From assembly GCA_965655095.1 (NCBI GenBank), contig OZ296648.1:30380001-30444000 (forward strand): DNA of 64,000 nt, read 5' to 3'. The notes under the pieces were generated by a model, which saw only the letters and a program-made list of their open reading frames with translations, was not told where the DNA came from and did no database searches. This document shows positions 48,251-60,923 of this stretch, piece after piece. This stretch comes from Haplodiscus bocki (lineage: Eukaryota). The position numbers and the translations under genes are program-made. Each line of letters opens with the position of its first letter. Within the stretch, counting starts at the first letter, position 1.

Positions 48251-51200
48251 TCGTAATATTTCACCAACACGTCAAATGATTGCAATTGAATCAGAAGTTT
48301 AATTTAAAAAGACTGATGTCATTGCTAAAAGTTACATAATATGTAGCCAGTTTCATCGATTTTTGCCAAAAATCGATACTCGCATACTTGAAGACTCATA
48401 AATTTTTCTGCCAGTATCCTCCTCGAGGTACTAATCTGAAAGAACCGAAAGCTGCTTCACCATAAACATGACTTTTCAAGAACTAAAATCATACATAACT
48501 CTAAAGAAACAGTAATGTATTGATTTTTTGTATTTTTTTTGGTTTTTTCTAGTTTTTTCCCATCAATTTCTTTGATACGGTGATACAAATCAATGTGAAA
48601 TAGCGATGATTAGTATATGGTAATTGAATGCGTTTGTCTGATTCAATCCATGAAAAAGTTGCAATCCAACGCAAAGCCCAAGACCTTGTACAACTGCCAG
48701 TTTAAATCATAAATTTAATGACTACTGTTTTAAGGCATAAAAGTTGTTCAAAAAATCTTCCTTGTTAAAATTAATTGAAGAACGAGAATAGCACATTCAT
48801 ACAAAAAAAATAGTCAATTGATTCTGTGATTTTTTTCTCCGTAAAATTTCTCTCATTATGCGAGAACTGTCGCTTCGTTATGTGTGTCCCTTCGCTCAGT
48901 GCGGATGAACATCTCCCTCCATTTTGTCCTTTGTTCGAATTTCCCGCCATTTTACACCAAGATAATTAGCTTCTTATTCGAAGTAATCGAAGCTAATTTA
49001 TATCATGGAAACAATCTATGAGGGCTAAAAAAAAGTTTCGGACACCAGCATAAAGCTTTCGTGCTAAGTCTTAAGTTGCCCAACACGTGACGCAACTACT
49101 TTTGCTTTGCCAACCAAAATTTTCCCAAAGACGTGAGGGAAGCGTTTTTGAAAAATTAACGTTTTCGCTAGTGTGAAATTGAACAAAATTGGCTAAAGAT
49201 TCGATTTCCGCCCCATTTTTTTTCTATTTGGCGAACATTTTAGCTTTAATTTCAATTGAAACATTAGAAAGTTAAAACTTTAAATGTTTTGCTTTTTGTG
49301 AACAAAAACATTACTAGTCTTTTTTGTGTAAAAAAGTACGTAAATTTTGCAACTTTCCCCAAAATTTACCAATTTTCTGTTATACTTTCACTATTTAAGG
49401 CACCAAAACACCATTTTCACGGAAACTTGTTCATATTGCCACAAACTCTCAACTTTCAAACGAAATTGCAATTTTCTGGCATTAAAATAACGCCAGCTTT
49501 TTTATTTCTGAGTTGAAAATTTAGCTAAAATTTAAATTTTTTTGGGAACATTGACTAATTTGCGCTGTGAATAGTCTTCTGAACAAAGTAACCAGAATGA
49601 ATGACTTATAAATTTCAGATTGTCCAATATTTTCTTCATTTCTGCGTAGTGTTTTAAAAAAAATGGCGTTTTAGAGCTTTAAGGTAGACATTTCCAAGTT
49701 TTTTGCACTGTTTCTTTACACATCAAATTTCTAGCTACTCATGCAACCAATGTGATACGGGACAGCTTTTTAGCGGATTCGAGCAGAATGGTCTCAAATC
49801 TTTTAACGTAGAGGTTTTGTCAGTAGCATAAGTTGGGAGAACGAGCTATGTTATTAAGTTTTCCGGAATATTCTTCTTTTTTGCTTAGCAATTCAACTTT
49901 TTAGTTGTAATTGCAATAAAAAACGAAACTTGAAAGATATTCATTCGGAAGCTTACCACAAAAACGTTTCTTTGCAAGGAAAACGTTATTTTTGGTGGTT
50001 TTGTGTTGGTGAATCAAGCTAATTTCGCAATATTTTCGAAATTTTTTGCTTTTTGCTTTACAAACCAGCTTCGTGACTACGCATTCAACCTATTTATATA
50101 AAGTAAACAATTCTGGAAGTTTCTCAGATTTTTCAGCTTTTCGTCTAACATGGTACGTCTGGTGCTCTAAAGTTAATAAAAAACAACTAAAGGCATCGGT
50201 TTTTAAAATTTTCGTTGTCTTGACCTTCAAATACGCTGTTTGGCTGCAAATGCCTCTTGTAGGATACAAACGCACGTGCTACTGCTATCTCAAAGGTCTT
50301 AAAGTTTCGTTCCTGTTTAAATAAATTTTTGAGCCGAGTGCGAGCCTATTCGCGTCCCAGAGTGCCAATGTTTTTCTGGAAGTCTTCAGCATTTTCATTT
50401 TTCAGCGGCTGACAACCAAAAATGTTGCAGTGTAACTGCTCCTATCGTTGAAATATATTTTTAGTCAACAATGCACCGCCACAATTCTGATCACCAAAAC
50501 AACCTAAAAGTTGGTGAATGACAGTTTCATTCTACTATTTGCCCTTGTTTACAAACTGTCGAGCTTCGGTAGGGCGATGCTCTATTCAGACATTCAGACA
50601 TCTGGGGCAATTCAGTGCTCTGCTAAAAGCACGAACAATTACGCTAATTTGTCGAATTTAATGATTCAGGTGGTGCCCTTCGCTCGGAAGGACGCATTCC
50701 TATCCAGCATCAGTTCTTCTGCTCATGCTTGCAAATCTCCTTCAATGTCAAAGTCCCAATGTTGAAGAAGCCGGGCGGTTTGGTTGAGCTGGTCATCAAT
50801 AATGTCAATTTTAGTTTAGTGTTTTTGGTGTCGTTAATCTTTTGTTTACGTTTTGGGAATTGTATAAGCTCCTGAATATTCATTTGTCAATGCTTCGTCC
50901 GAAATTTAGATTTTTAGATTGGAATTATAATCATATGAAGTCTAATAAATTTTCAAATGAGTTCGTTTTTTGAGAGTTGAAATTTACAACGCATATGAGA
51001 ATTCGAATGCATAGTGGGATCTTTTCTGTTATACCCCCCCACCCCCCACTGAATTAAGTCTCCCGCCCCACTGATTTCTGTATATTTTCTGCATATGAGT
51101 AAGACACACCATTGATTAACCATCAATTCTACCCTTGGATGCTTATAGTGCTGATGGCAATGAAATATACCGATTTGACAATGAAATTTTAGCAGTTTTC

Positions 51201-51575
51201 AAGTCATTTTTGGTTTAAAAAAGTTCTGAGCAAAAACACTGTGATCAATTTTGACATTGCTGTACAGATTTTCAAAAACCTGGAGCACTGCGACCAATGC
51301 GCTCAGAGGAAAACAATTCAACGACAAGAAAAAGAGGGCTGTCGAAAATCAAAGAAAAATTCGGAAAAAATATTTATTTGCTCTAAGCTTTCATAAAAAA
51401 ATCCAAAAGGCTCCGCTTTACTTCGCTTCGCCTAAATACCCCTCCAGCACAAACAGGAACGGAAGGAAGCAGCTACCGGCAAAGTACCGGAGAAATTGCG
51501 AAAATTTGATTGACCTTGAACTGCATCGACCAAATTCAACTGTTCGGAGGACTGAACTTGGTTGCTTGTTCTCCC

Positions 51576-52101
51576 AAAAAGATTCTCAAATTAACATACC
51601 ATTTTGCGCTGTCACTTTTAGCTTGCAGGCTATTTTAATGAACTTTCTCTTGAAAACTCAACCACCCACTCAGGTTTTATTAAGAATTGTTTAGCACCGG
51701 TAAAGACATAATAGATTTTCACTATTCTTTCATGCCTCTTCAAACAACTCTCCGTAAATTTTTGATGAAACAAATTTTTCATGCTTTCTTCAACTTCTTA
51801 CAAGTTTTTCTAAAAACTTCGAAAAATAAGCTACGCGTGGAATGCTTCACGCAGTTTTATTGAAATCTCTCTTTCTAGGAAACATGAAAGATTTGGTTAA
51901 TCAAAAATGCATGGATAGTTCTTTGAAGAGGCGTGAAAGAAAAGGGAAAATTTATTAAGTTTGCACTACAGGTTCTAAACAATTCCTGATAAAAGTAGAG
52001 TGGGTGGTTGAATTTTATCCTTTTAAGGGAAAGTTTATTTAAAAAAAGCCTTCAAGCTAAACTGACTGCTTAACTGGATATGCTTATCTGAGGATCATTT
52101 T
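51576..52101. mobile_element. Foldback/MITE-like element with long imperfect inverted arms
   Basis: TCAACCACCCACTC pairs with GAGTGGGTGGTTGA; TCTTTCATGCCTCTTCAAA pairs with TTTGAAGAGGCGTGAAAGA. Confidence 0.75.
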
Positions 52102-52141
52102 GACTTCATATTTAATTTATTGATTAATAAAAATTACTTAC

Positions 52142-52258
52142 TTGATGTGGATAGTACAAGTTGTGACGTATATGACTGGGGTATCCCAATGGATCTCTCC
52201 TGTGTAGGATACAGAAACAGGGACCACTCCGTCTTTTTCCAGACTGCTTTCGCCCACG
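52142..52258 (-). CDS. Cys-loop receptor exon (loop E and first Cys)
   Basis: AG|...VSVSYTGEIHWDTPVIYVTTCTIHIK|GTAAGT; phase fits the next exon across an 8-kb intron. Confidence 0.9.
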
Positions 52259-53569
52259 CTAAAAAGAACCAAAAATTAAGCATTTATAGTTGGCGGGGTC
52301 TTTTCGTACTCAACTCAAGCCTACTTTTAAATCACTTCACCGGCTACGGTGGATTAAATGTTTCAATTTTGACGTCACCATACTCTGACTCCACAAGTTG
52401 AGTTGAGGATTGTCGATGATCAACAATCTTGATTGAAAACATATCATGGCCATGTCAATGGGATATCCGGTTTTTGGTATATGAAAATTCTATTGGCGCT
52501 GTTGCTGGTACTGAGTCGACCACTTCTTTCTTTTAGAGCTCTATCCCCAATCGACTGATACAGACATCTTTGGATTAATTCAGTTTTACAGGGCAGGTTT
52601 ATGCTTTGCTATTGTTTTATCCCCTCACGCCATGCTTAGATTTTAACTTTTATCAAATATCTGCAGATAAAAGTAGCAACTTCTATAATTTTGCTCAAAA
52701 ATTTTGCATTTTGTATACTTGAAACTATTATCACCAGTTAACGGTATACCAACTGTAGAAAGAAGCACAACTCATTGTATATTTCACACCACGTAGCCTG
52801 ATTTTGCTCGTTAAGTATTACTGCAGAGGGTGCATGTTTCAAAACTTTTGATTTTTGCGTTGTTTATGTTGCAAAAGCTAAAGAAACATGCATAATTAGG
52901 CACAAAAAATAATTTAGATGCTCTCATTCCCATTGACTGGATCGTATCTCTGCAAGATTGTAGCCAAGCTGTAAAAAACTACCAGGCGATGATCAATTAA
53001 AATGATGCAACAAAGACACTATAGCAAATATTTCGTTTCTCGGTCCCTCGATACATGTATGCAACCAGTTTTGACAATGTTTTTCATTCAGTACCACCTC
53101 TTTTCAGTTGGATTGAAAAATGTTGCGTCATTCCCGAGGCTGTAGATGTTACAATGATGTTAACGCCTTGGATAGTTAAATGGTGGTCCCATAGTTACAT
53201 GTTGAACCATAAAAATATAAATACAATAATTTTTACCGCCAAAAACTACTTACTCTCAAAGTTTCACTCAAAACCTTACTCTTTTGCGAAAGATTGATTT
53301 TCTATGGTTCTCATTTATAAACTCTTGTTTCCTCATTCATTGGGATAAGCGCCATATCGTGGTAATTAAGAAAGTTTTAGTATATACAAACTAACATAGA
53401 TATTTTGCAGTACGTAGTTTCAATATAGATTTTATTTTATAGTTTATACTATAAAGTATTTCGATTGAGTAGAAGTTTTCTACTCTTGTATAACAGAAGG
53501 TCGTCAAAAAATTGAAAAACTCATTACTTTCAAAAGCAAACGTAGTTATCCCCAAATGAAACGGACCAC

Positions 53570-56500
53570 TGTTTAACGATCAATGAAACTGTTCTTTTAC
53601 CGAGATACTTGCAATTTTGCATCAAGCACAGCAGTCAACCAAAGCAATTTCTCAATTCAAGCAACTAAGATAATGTGAACTGAAACCAAGTACCCGTCCG
53701 GCCCACCAATGCCATAGTCAAATTTAACCTTCAACTTTGACAACATGCTCCCACGAAATGAAGATTATGTCTGTAACTAAGCATCGATCATGAGCTGAAC
53801 TATTTCAACTCGAAATGAATTTTTGTTGTTATGCAATGATTAATTTAGAATGATATGGCTATTATATGAACTTTTAATCATATATGCCTTCGAAATTCTT
53901 GCCAGACCCGTAAGATACCCTTCTAACTTTAGTTGTTTACAATCCTCTACAGGTATAACTTTCATTGTAAGAGGACTTTTCGAGATAAATCATTGCGTAA
54001 CAAAGTTTGAAAAAAAACAAAGTTTGAATTAAAAACATTTGAAATCTTCACTTTTTTCATTCCAATTCTGCTTTCTTTCCAACAGGTTATGGGCCCAGGC
54101 CTCTTGTGTTTTCTTTAGAAAACCAAAATATTCTTTCTTCTGGACTGTACTTTGACTCAGTAGCCTTGGTACTTATTCAGCAGTGGATTTCGGACATTGC
54201 AGTACCAGCGAAACCAATTCTTTTGAAGCAGTTTTTTGGTGTAAGTGGTCTAAAAGCTCGGCCAGCAAGCCCGCGTGTTTTTTCCGGTTTATTTTTGACA
54301 AAACTTATTCGATTCAGTAAAAGTACTGATCAGAAATTTTGTGCCATCTTCAACAACGAAATGGCAACAGAGGCACAGAAACAACGATGTCTTCAATTCT
54401 TTGGTATAATGGAGCGAGATGTTCAAGAGCTAAATGTTTGCCAAAAAGCTGAGAGGACAACTGTTGGGAACTGACGTATCTAACGAAGACGAGAAACACA
54501 ATGCTTTGGCAGAGCGAGTGCACTGTTTGGACAAGCAGTCCATCCTGATGTTGAAGTCAGAATGGAAAGGAAATGGGCAAGAAAGATGGACTTGGTTGAT
54601 GACCCATTTCTCTAGTTCAGAGACGCCGCCTGTGATGATCTTGCTAGAGCAGCTCACGTCTCAGTCAATAAAGCTGTCTGAGGAGACCGAAAGTCAATCA
54701 TCTTCATTACAAGTAGCTGGGGAGAACATTTTCGAAAAGTTGTTACTTTCCGTTGTTCATGGGTGTTTGCCTGATAACTATGAATAATTTAGGAGGGCTC
54801 ACAATTTTTTTCAGAACCCCCTTTCCAATTTGTGATTTGAAAAAACCCTGAATTGTGGACTCGCATTAATTAAAAGATTCAGGCAATTCGAGTATCACTG
54901 AGTCTGACGCAGCGCTGTTTGTCTCGTGAGATAATGCAAAGAAATTTTCTGGTAACTGTTTTTGCTTCAACAAGACCGGACAAATGAGAAGTTTTTGGAC
55001 AGTGAAACAGTGTTCTATTTATGAGATTTTCGGACGCACTGAGTCTAAGTGTTTATGTTGACTAGTCTAAGCCTTCGTTGACTGTTTCGCGCGTGAAGGA
55101 GTCTTTATTTCTTTTGATAACTTCAAGAAGTCTGAATGTAGAGACGAGCGGTTGGCAGCGATGACAATAGAGCTCAATTTTTCACTGGAAAACAAGATTT
55201 GGCAACCTCTTGAGCTTCCAGAACATAGGAAGGTTGTACGTCGGCGTTGCTTGTTTGCATTGAACAAAGGTGAGAATGGTGGAAAGGTCACGTGCAAATC
55301 TCGCTCTGTTGCAACAGGTTTTATTCAAGTTTTCGATAGTAACCATTTGCAAAACTTTGCCCCCACAGCTGAATTGTCATCAATTTATATGTTTTTGGCA
55401 CTAGCTACTTTTGTTACATATGAGGTTTATCAATTTGATGTGAGCTCAGCCTATCTGAACGTGAACTTAGACGAAGATGTTTTTGTGGACCAAACTCCAG
55501 CATTTGAAGTTCCCGGACACGTTTCGAATTCAATCTGCAAGTTGTTAAAAGGACTCTATGGTTTGAAACAAGGCGGACATTGTTGGAGCAGAACACTTGC
55601 TAGGTTTGTAGCTGAATTTTTTCTTCTAACGCGTTCAATGTTTGATAGTTGTTGGCACTCCAAGAGCAACCTATTTTGTGATAGATTTTCCATAAACGCC
55701 TGGGTTGATGATAAATTTTACTATTGAACAATTTCTGATTTAGTGGATTTTTTTAGGAAGTCTTTGTTTACTAAATTCAAATTTCCTGACAACGGTTGAG
55801 TCAAGCGGGTCTTAGTTATGTCAATTGAACAATCACCTGGTGAATTATTCTTCTCACGAAATTTTCACTTTTCAGATTATTTTTGTCTCGCTTTGGTATA
55901 ATTGATTGCAATCCTTGTGATCTTTTTACAACAGCTTATGCTAAGTTTTAAAAAAAGTTTGTGTTTTGATTTAGAATCTGATGCTTTCAATGATTTATCT
56001 ATAAATCGTTCCTTGTAAGTGTCTTTGCTTGGAATGTTGAAATACATCTCAGTTGTTTCCCGTCATGAAATGAATTTTGTCGTTTCATCTTTAAGTCAGG
56101 TATTCAAAAATCGCTCTCCTGAGCAGCATTGGCTTGTAGCTAACAAAATCCGCTTTTGTGATTCTGATTGGGAAGGGGATCCCAATGATGGGCATTATAC
56201 GGGTGGCCATTGTTTCAAAAAATCTGATGGTAGTAATGTCTTCTGTTGGTTATCGCGTGAACAGCAAACAGTCGCATTGCCTTTGACTGACGCAGAGTTT
56301 ATGAGTTTTTCTTCAGCTTCACAAGAGTTTGTCTAACTTTTGTCTCTGGTTAAAATTTTAGGCTTAGATCTAGTTGATCTAGATGTACTTGTTTTCCTCC
56401 AAGGGGACTACCAAGGCCGATCAAGCTTCCTCAAAACCCAATCACACAAAGTTGGAGCAAACACGTCAACAAAAGACATCACTTTGTACGCGAACATGTG

Positions 56501-57179
56501 AAGCAGGAGGTCATCCGGCTGCAATACGTACCAACGGATAAAAACATTGCAAATTTTTTGACAAAAGCCTTTGGCGGTGCCAACTTCAATCAGTTCAGAT
56601 GCAATCTCATGAGCCAATCAGTACAGCATCATTGAGTCATTGAGGGGGCGTGTTAAGGATCAATGAAACTGTTCGTTTAGCGAAATATTTGCAAACTACT
56701 TGGCCCCGATAAAAACAGCATCAAGAACAGCAGTCAACAAAGCATTTTCTCATTCCAAGCAACTAAGATAATATGAACTGAGACCAAGTACCTGCACGGC
56801 CCACCAATGCCACCATCAACTTTAGGTTTCAACTTTGACAACATGCACTCAAGAAATGAAGATCATGTCTGTAACTAAGCATCGATCATGAAATGAATTG
56901 TTACAACTCAAGTTGAATTTTTTTATTATGCAATAAATAATTTAGAATTATATGGCTATTATATGAAATTTTAACCATATCTGCCCTTTAACTTTTTGCC
57001 AGACTCGTAAGAAACCCTTTAATTCTAGTTGTTCGCAATCCTTTGCAGGTATATCTCTCCTTGCAAAATGACTTTTCGAGAAAAATCATTGCGTCACAAT
57101 GTTTGACAAAAACAAAGTAATAAAGTACCCGAATTTTTCTTTTTACTTTGTTCTTCCCAATTCCGCATTATCGCCGACA
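53570..57179 (+). mobile_element. Ty1/Copia LTR retrotransposon, old and internally deleted
   Basis: LTRs 53570-54084 and 56651-57179 (TG...CA); TSD ACCAC at 53565-53569 and 57180-57184; PBS GGTTATGGGCCCAG at 54085; PPT GAGGGGGCG at 56642. Confidence 0.95.
54361..56600 (+). pseudogene. Copia gag joined to RT/RNase H remnants
   Basis: gag with decayed knuckles to about 55055; RT QFDVSSAYLN, LLKGLYGLKQ, WVDD; RNase H FCDSDW...TDAEF. Confidence 0.9.
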
Positions 57180-60100
57180 ACCACCTGTTACATAGAGGAC
57201 TGAGCTAGTAGCGTTAAGAAGTGTAAAAGTCTGAATTGTTTTTTTCGGTTACTAAGGCCCGAGCTTCAACATTTTAAGCCCTGTATGGAGATTTTGACGT
57301 TTATATTATTGATACGGCAGATTATGTTGCTCACTTCAAAACCTCTAATTTTCACAATTTCTATTTTGATTGACTAGAATCGCGCATGTACGATATAGAT
57401 ATGCCAACTGTCTTTTTGAAAACCTGACATCATCAGTCGACTGGTTTGACAAGAGTTTAGCGAATGTGCGAATAAGTCGAAATGAGACTCGAGTTCCGCA
57501 AAGCTGCTCTATTTATGGTAACAGGCTAACCACCCTAATGAAACTTGCAGACCATTCATGACTATAGACTGACCATATCCTGGGTCATACAGACGTATGA
57601 TTCCAAGCTGATTATAGTTTGTGTCATCTACAATTCCCAAGCTGACCATAGCAAGATCATTTAATAAATTTTGTAAGATTAGTATGGCGCCATACTATGG
57701 TTACACTATGATCAGCCTGGTTGCAAAACACGGGTTTTTTGTTGAACGCATAAATCTATCATCAAACAATTTTTGAGCGGTGTATCAAGACAACCTTCAT
57801 ACAAAAAGTGGAGGATTCTGAATCGAAAATCAGATCAACCAAAAAATGTACGAAAAAAAACTATGGAGCAAAATTTAACTTTATGAACGGATTGGAACCT
57901 ACGAGTGTTTTACTGGATTTCTGTTTAATAAATATCAAATAAAATAAGCAATTTTGATTCCGAAGACTTTAATTTTCATTGTATTTATTGGCTTTTGTTT
58001 GAAAATGTTTATCAGTAATTTACTCTCAAAAGCATCAGGTGAGATTCACAACACAATTTCGCTTTTCGTTGCAAAAAAACTGGCAAGATATAATCCACAA
58101 GATAGATAATAGTGTCTAGAAGCGGATGATTTTACTGGAAAGAAGGGAGCAGGTTTCAGTTATTAGAATGTCAGGAAATTTAATGAGAAGTGGTAAACCA
58201 ATTCAAATCGGATAATTAATTTACTAGTTTTTGTCGTAGCTATTTACTTAAATTAAATATTCAAGCAAGTAGTGGAGTTTTGTTCCTTTTACTAATAATA
58301 ATTTTGGATATCAATTCCGGAAATGCCTAAAAACGTTTCTCTTCTTCTGGGCAAAAAATGCAACGCAGTAAAAGATCGAGTTGTTGTTAGAAAAATTTGG
58401 TTGCAATTAGACGCTCTAGTTGAAAAGTTATACTTTTGGAAGCAGTAAGCAAAAACTCTCAAAGCTCTTCAACGACACAGTTTCAAGAATATCTTTAACA
58501 CAGTAGTGAAGATTATGAAAACTTCTTTGGACGTATACCGAAAACGTAAACAAATGGACAGATTCACTGCCGTTTTGCTGTTGAACCTGGGTGAAAGATT
58601 TCGAGATAGAAAAATTGGATAAGCTCGGACGCGAACCTGTAACCAAGTTTTCGTTTCTACCATATAAAATCAATTGAAAACAAACATACCTGTTATGTTC
58701 TAGACCAAACCCGTGAAATATATAAAGAAACCGGGAACGGCTTATGTCGGCGCCGCACATAAGTTCCGAAATATCCATGTGTGAGTCCTATATTTTGGAA
58801 AAATTATGGCATTTCCGACAAAAAATTAGGCATAATCACGTCTTTTATGGCAAAAAAATTAAAAAAATGAAAATTTGAAAGTTTAGTAGAGTTGCTCTTT
58901 GGTACAATATATACTGTCTGAGGAAGCACTTAGTTTAAACATCTTTAATACATGCTTTTGCAGAAAATCTTAGTATATATAAAGGGAGTATCATGAAAAA
59001 TTTTTGGAGCGGAGGTCCAATTTTTTTCGTACTTAAATACGTTGTTTTCGTGCTCCTGGCCTGTAATTCCAGTGTTGAAATTAATGGGTACCCAGAAATT
59101 TTTTGTGCCCCGAACAGTTTGAATAGCTCGTAGTTTTACGCGGTAAACAAAGCAAAAGCCACTGTCTTTGGACACTTTTCTTATGAAAAGCGACGACGAA
59201 AACACCTTGAATTTTAATTTTTTGAAGGAAACACTTGATTTCAATGGTTAGAAGCATGACCAAGTACAGGTATCTAGACAAATATTCACTGGCAGCATTA
59301 CTGACTGATACAACAAATAGATATGTGTACTCTCATGTAAGAGAAATTCACTAAATTAATTCCATTTGATTATGAAAGAGTAAAAATGCAATTCCAAGGA
59401 TGCGATACTATGAAGAAAAGACATTTAATTTCATTTCATTCCATTTCATTTCATTTTGTTGGGTTAGTCAATTAATTAGCAGACATCGGAAGGCGGGGTG
59501 GACATTTCTCATAAATGAACAGACACCTTACCTTGGAACTCTAGCAAAACAAGCACAAATTAGTATTTTCAATTCAGAAATATTTTGGAAAGAAACTTTT
59601 GATACAGAACTAAAAAATAGCCCAAAAAGCTCAATTATTATTCAAATTTCAGAAAAAAATCCACAAAAATGCAAAATGCCCCAAGGTAAGCTGATGAAAG
59701 CAAAACGTTGTTCCAAAAAACTGGCCGATGCTTCTTTCAAGAGTTTGACCAGATCCATGCAAGGTCTCCTTTTGTAATTCATTGTTCCAGAAGTATTACA
59801 AGATGTTGTAAAACATTGACTGTAGCATGAGTCGTAGTTGATTATTAGTTCGCCCTCTATTGTCTAAATGAAACCCAAATTTATAAAAACGGTAGATTTG
59901 TTATTTTGTTTCTTGCCGTCATATTTCAATATGGGGAAAATCATTCTCTCGTTGCGTTTGCTTTATAAAGTCATTAAACAATTTGGCAAAGTGGACGATT
60001 TCAAAAAGCGAAATTTTTTATACCACGAGAATGTACAAAATTTACAGTTGAATTCGTATCAACGAGATTTTTTTGCAAAAATTGTTGTTTCTGGCCAGTT

Positions 60101-60659
60101 AGAATTTTTGGAACTAATTCTATTTTCTAATTTTTAGGTTTTGAAGCATTTGTGGAGATATTTGCGACCTGTTTTTAAGGTTCTCATTCACTTGATCTCA
60201 AACATTTTATCTTTTCATCTTCAGTGAAAAGTTCAGATTGCTCAAACTGTGCACTATCTTTTAAAACCATTTTTCACAAGGCTAGGGAGTAGAAAGTAGC
60301 CTGATTATCCGGGCATCTTGTTCTAACTAATTAAAAAATATTGAAAAGGATAGGTGAAAATAACAATTCCAAAGCATATCATTCTCCGATAAAAAAAGCT
60401 TAAAAGCTTCCAAAGAGGTCATTTTGCTTGCATAATTGCGATCCCTCGCGAATGCTGCATGATAATTTAAATAATTTATATAAAATTTTCCATACCCAAA
60501 CTTTATCTGCCGGGTTGAAAAGAATGTTGCAAAATTTGGCGGGCTTTTGTTATCTAATTGTAAATTTTGACTGAAAACAAATCATTGAAAACAACCCATC
60601 CCATTCTTTTTGAAACATCAATAGCATATACTACATTGTATAGTTAGCGTTAGCTGTCC

Positions 60660-60923
60660 NNNNNNNNNNNNNNNNNNNNNNNNNNNNNNNNNNNNNNNNN
60701 NNNNNNNNNNNNNNNNNNNNNNNNNNNNNNNNNNNNNNNNNNNNNNNNNNNNNNNNNNNNNNNNNNNNNNNNNNNNNNNNNNNNNNNNNNNNNNNNNNNN
60801 NNNNNNNNNNNNNNNNNNNNNNNNNNNNNNNNNNNNNNNNNNNNNNNNNNNNNNNNNNNNNNNNNNNNNNNNNNNNNNNNNNNNNNNNNNNNNNNNNNNN
60901 NNNNNNNNNNNNNNNNNNNNNNN
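60660..60923. other. Assembly gap (N run)
   Basis: Direct observation. Confidence 1.
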
